In this document: positions 63,401-64,000 of the stretch, in pieces
Layout: every line of letters starts with the position of its first letter
How positions within the stretch are numbered: position 1 is the stretch's first letter
Assembly (NCBI GenBank): GCA_963675755.2
Contig: CAXXMD010000002.1
Location: 2,368,001 to 2,432,000 of the forward strand
DNA length: 64,000 bases
Direction of reading: 5' to 3'
Source of the DNA: a bacterium
GTDB lineage: Bacteria > Zhuqueibacterota > Zhuqueibacteria > Residuimicrobiales > Krinioviventaceae
Position numbers and translations under genes: made by a program
Notes under the pieces: generated by a model
The model's input: only the letters and a program-made list of their open reading frames with translations
The model's database searches: none
Told to the model about the DNA's origin: nothing

Positions 63401-63416
63401 TGCAATTAGCGTGCCA
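63401..63416 (-). promoter_or_regulatory. Sigma-54 promoter of the polysaccharide operon
   Basis: Consensus match TGGCAC-GCTAA-TTGCA on the minus strand, about 90 nt upstream of ATG 63311. Confidence 0.8.
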
Positions 63417-63588
63417 AATTCCCGGAAGCATTATAATTTGTCAAAAGAATACAACATCTTTTTTTTATTTTGTATTCCCTTACAAGGCATACTAGACCAC
63501 TTGAATTGTAAAAAATTTGCTTAATAATGTCAAGATTTTTCCTGAAAAAATTTAGAATTGCATGCCCCCATGATTTTTACAACAATAC

Positions 63589-64000
63589 TTAATACCTGTT
63601 CATTTTGAACTGATCCAGTAAACTGATTTGGTTTTCAAAATCATAATATGTATTCGTCATCAAAGACAACAATGACCTTCTATACCCCAAGTAAGCATCC
63701 AGAAAATTCAACTCTGTATCGGTTTGCCTTGATATGTTTTGCAATAAATCTTGCAATGAAATTTTGCCTTTTTGATACAAAACAATGCTCTGATCAGTAA
63801 TTTCTATCGCCATATCCAAATTTTCTTGCATATTCAAAGCTCTGGTTTGATATTCTTCCAAATTCGATATAGCATTTTTAATTTCAGACTCTATTCTTGT
63901 TTTAGTTTCTTCTTTGTATAGGTCAACACGTTTAATATCGAGCTTGTAAGCTTCAATCCTTGCTTTTCTTTGCCCCCAATCCCATAGTGGTATATAGGCA
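63589..64000 (-). CDS. TolC-family outer membrane efflux protein, 3' part only
   Basis: The frame is open to the window end: ...IPLWDWGQRKARIEA... followed by a helical region with YQKGKISLQDLL, typical of the OEP repeat end. Confidence 0.7.
   Translation of the reverse strand, partial: AYIPLWDWGQRKARIEAYKLDIKRVDLYKEETKTRIESEIKNAISNLEEYQTRALNMQENLDMAIEITDQSIVLYQKGKISLQDLLQNISRQTDTELNFLDAYLGYRRSLLSLMTNTYYDFENQISLLDQFKMNRY

Noticed and set aside
63439-63456. TGT-N12-ACA site upstream of the EPS sigma-54 promoter
   Set aside because: Only the outer triplets match the TGTCCA box and it is too close to the -24 element; likely chance in AT-rich DNA.

Overview
Bacterial chromosomal window with no rRNA, tRNA, CRISPR array or mobile element recognisable. 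Three secreted proteins end in an 'NYPNPFN...' FlgD-Ig/Por-secretion-tail-like domain, which suggests an FCB-related host such as KSB1 or Calditrichota (inference). The left part (1-25 kb) carries a U32-family gene fragment, a PPIase, a GH74-like and a beta-propeller glycosidase, Tat-signal TIM-barrel epimerases, a redoxin, dodecin, gltA, aceE-aceF-lpdA, an E. coli-like topA, and an HDOD/hybrid kinase/response regulator/OmpA cluster. The middle (25.9-35 kb) has two paralogous secreted heparinase II/III-like lyases, each next to a paralogous small protein with a sorting tail. The right part (35.3-63.3 kb) is a ~28 kb Wzx/Wzy-type polysaccharide locus. It includes a PglF/PglC/DegT/PglD-like set, an ACP-AsnB-NadE-acyl-CoA ligase cassette, two CapK-like ligases, two GNAT-like proteins and a Tat-DUF362-tail protein. 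The two most striking unannotated signals are: (1) a ~165-nt intergenic structured RNA (19751-19915) with its own promoter and terminator and two covarying hairpins that present an identical GACCCCCCUAA loop; (2) four sigma-54 -24/-12 motifs plus a phased triple palindrome that put the EPS operon and the secreted lyase/tail proteins in one apparent regulon, resembling PEP-CTERM/EPS systems but with a different sorting signal. Four single-base frameshifts look like read errors.
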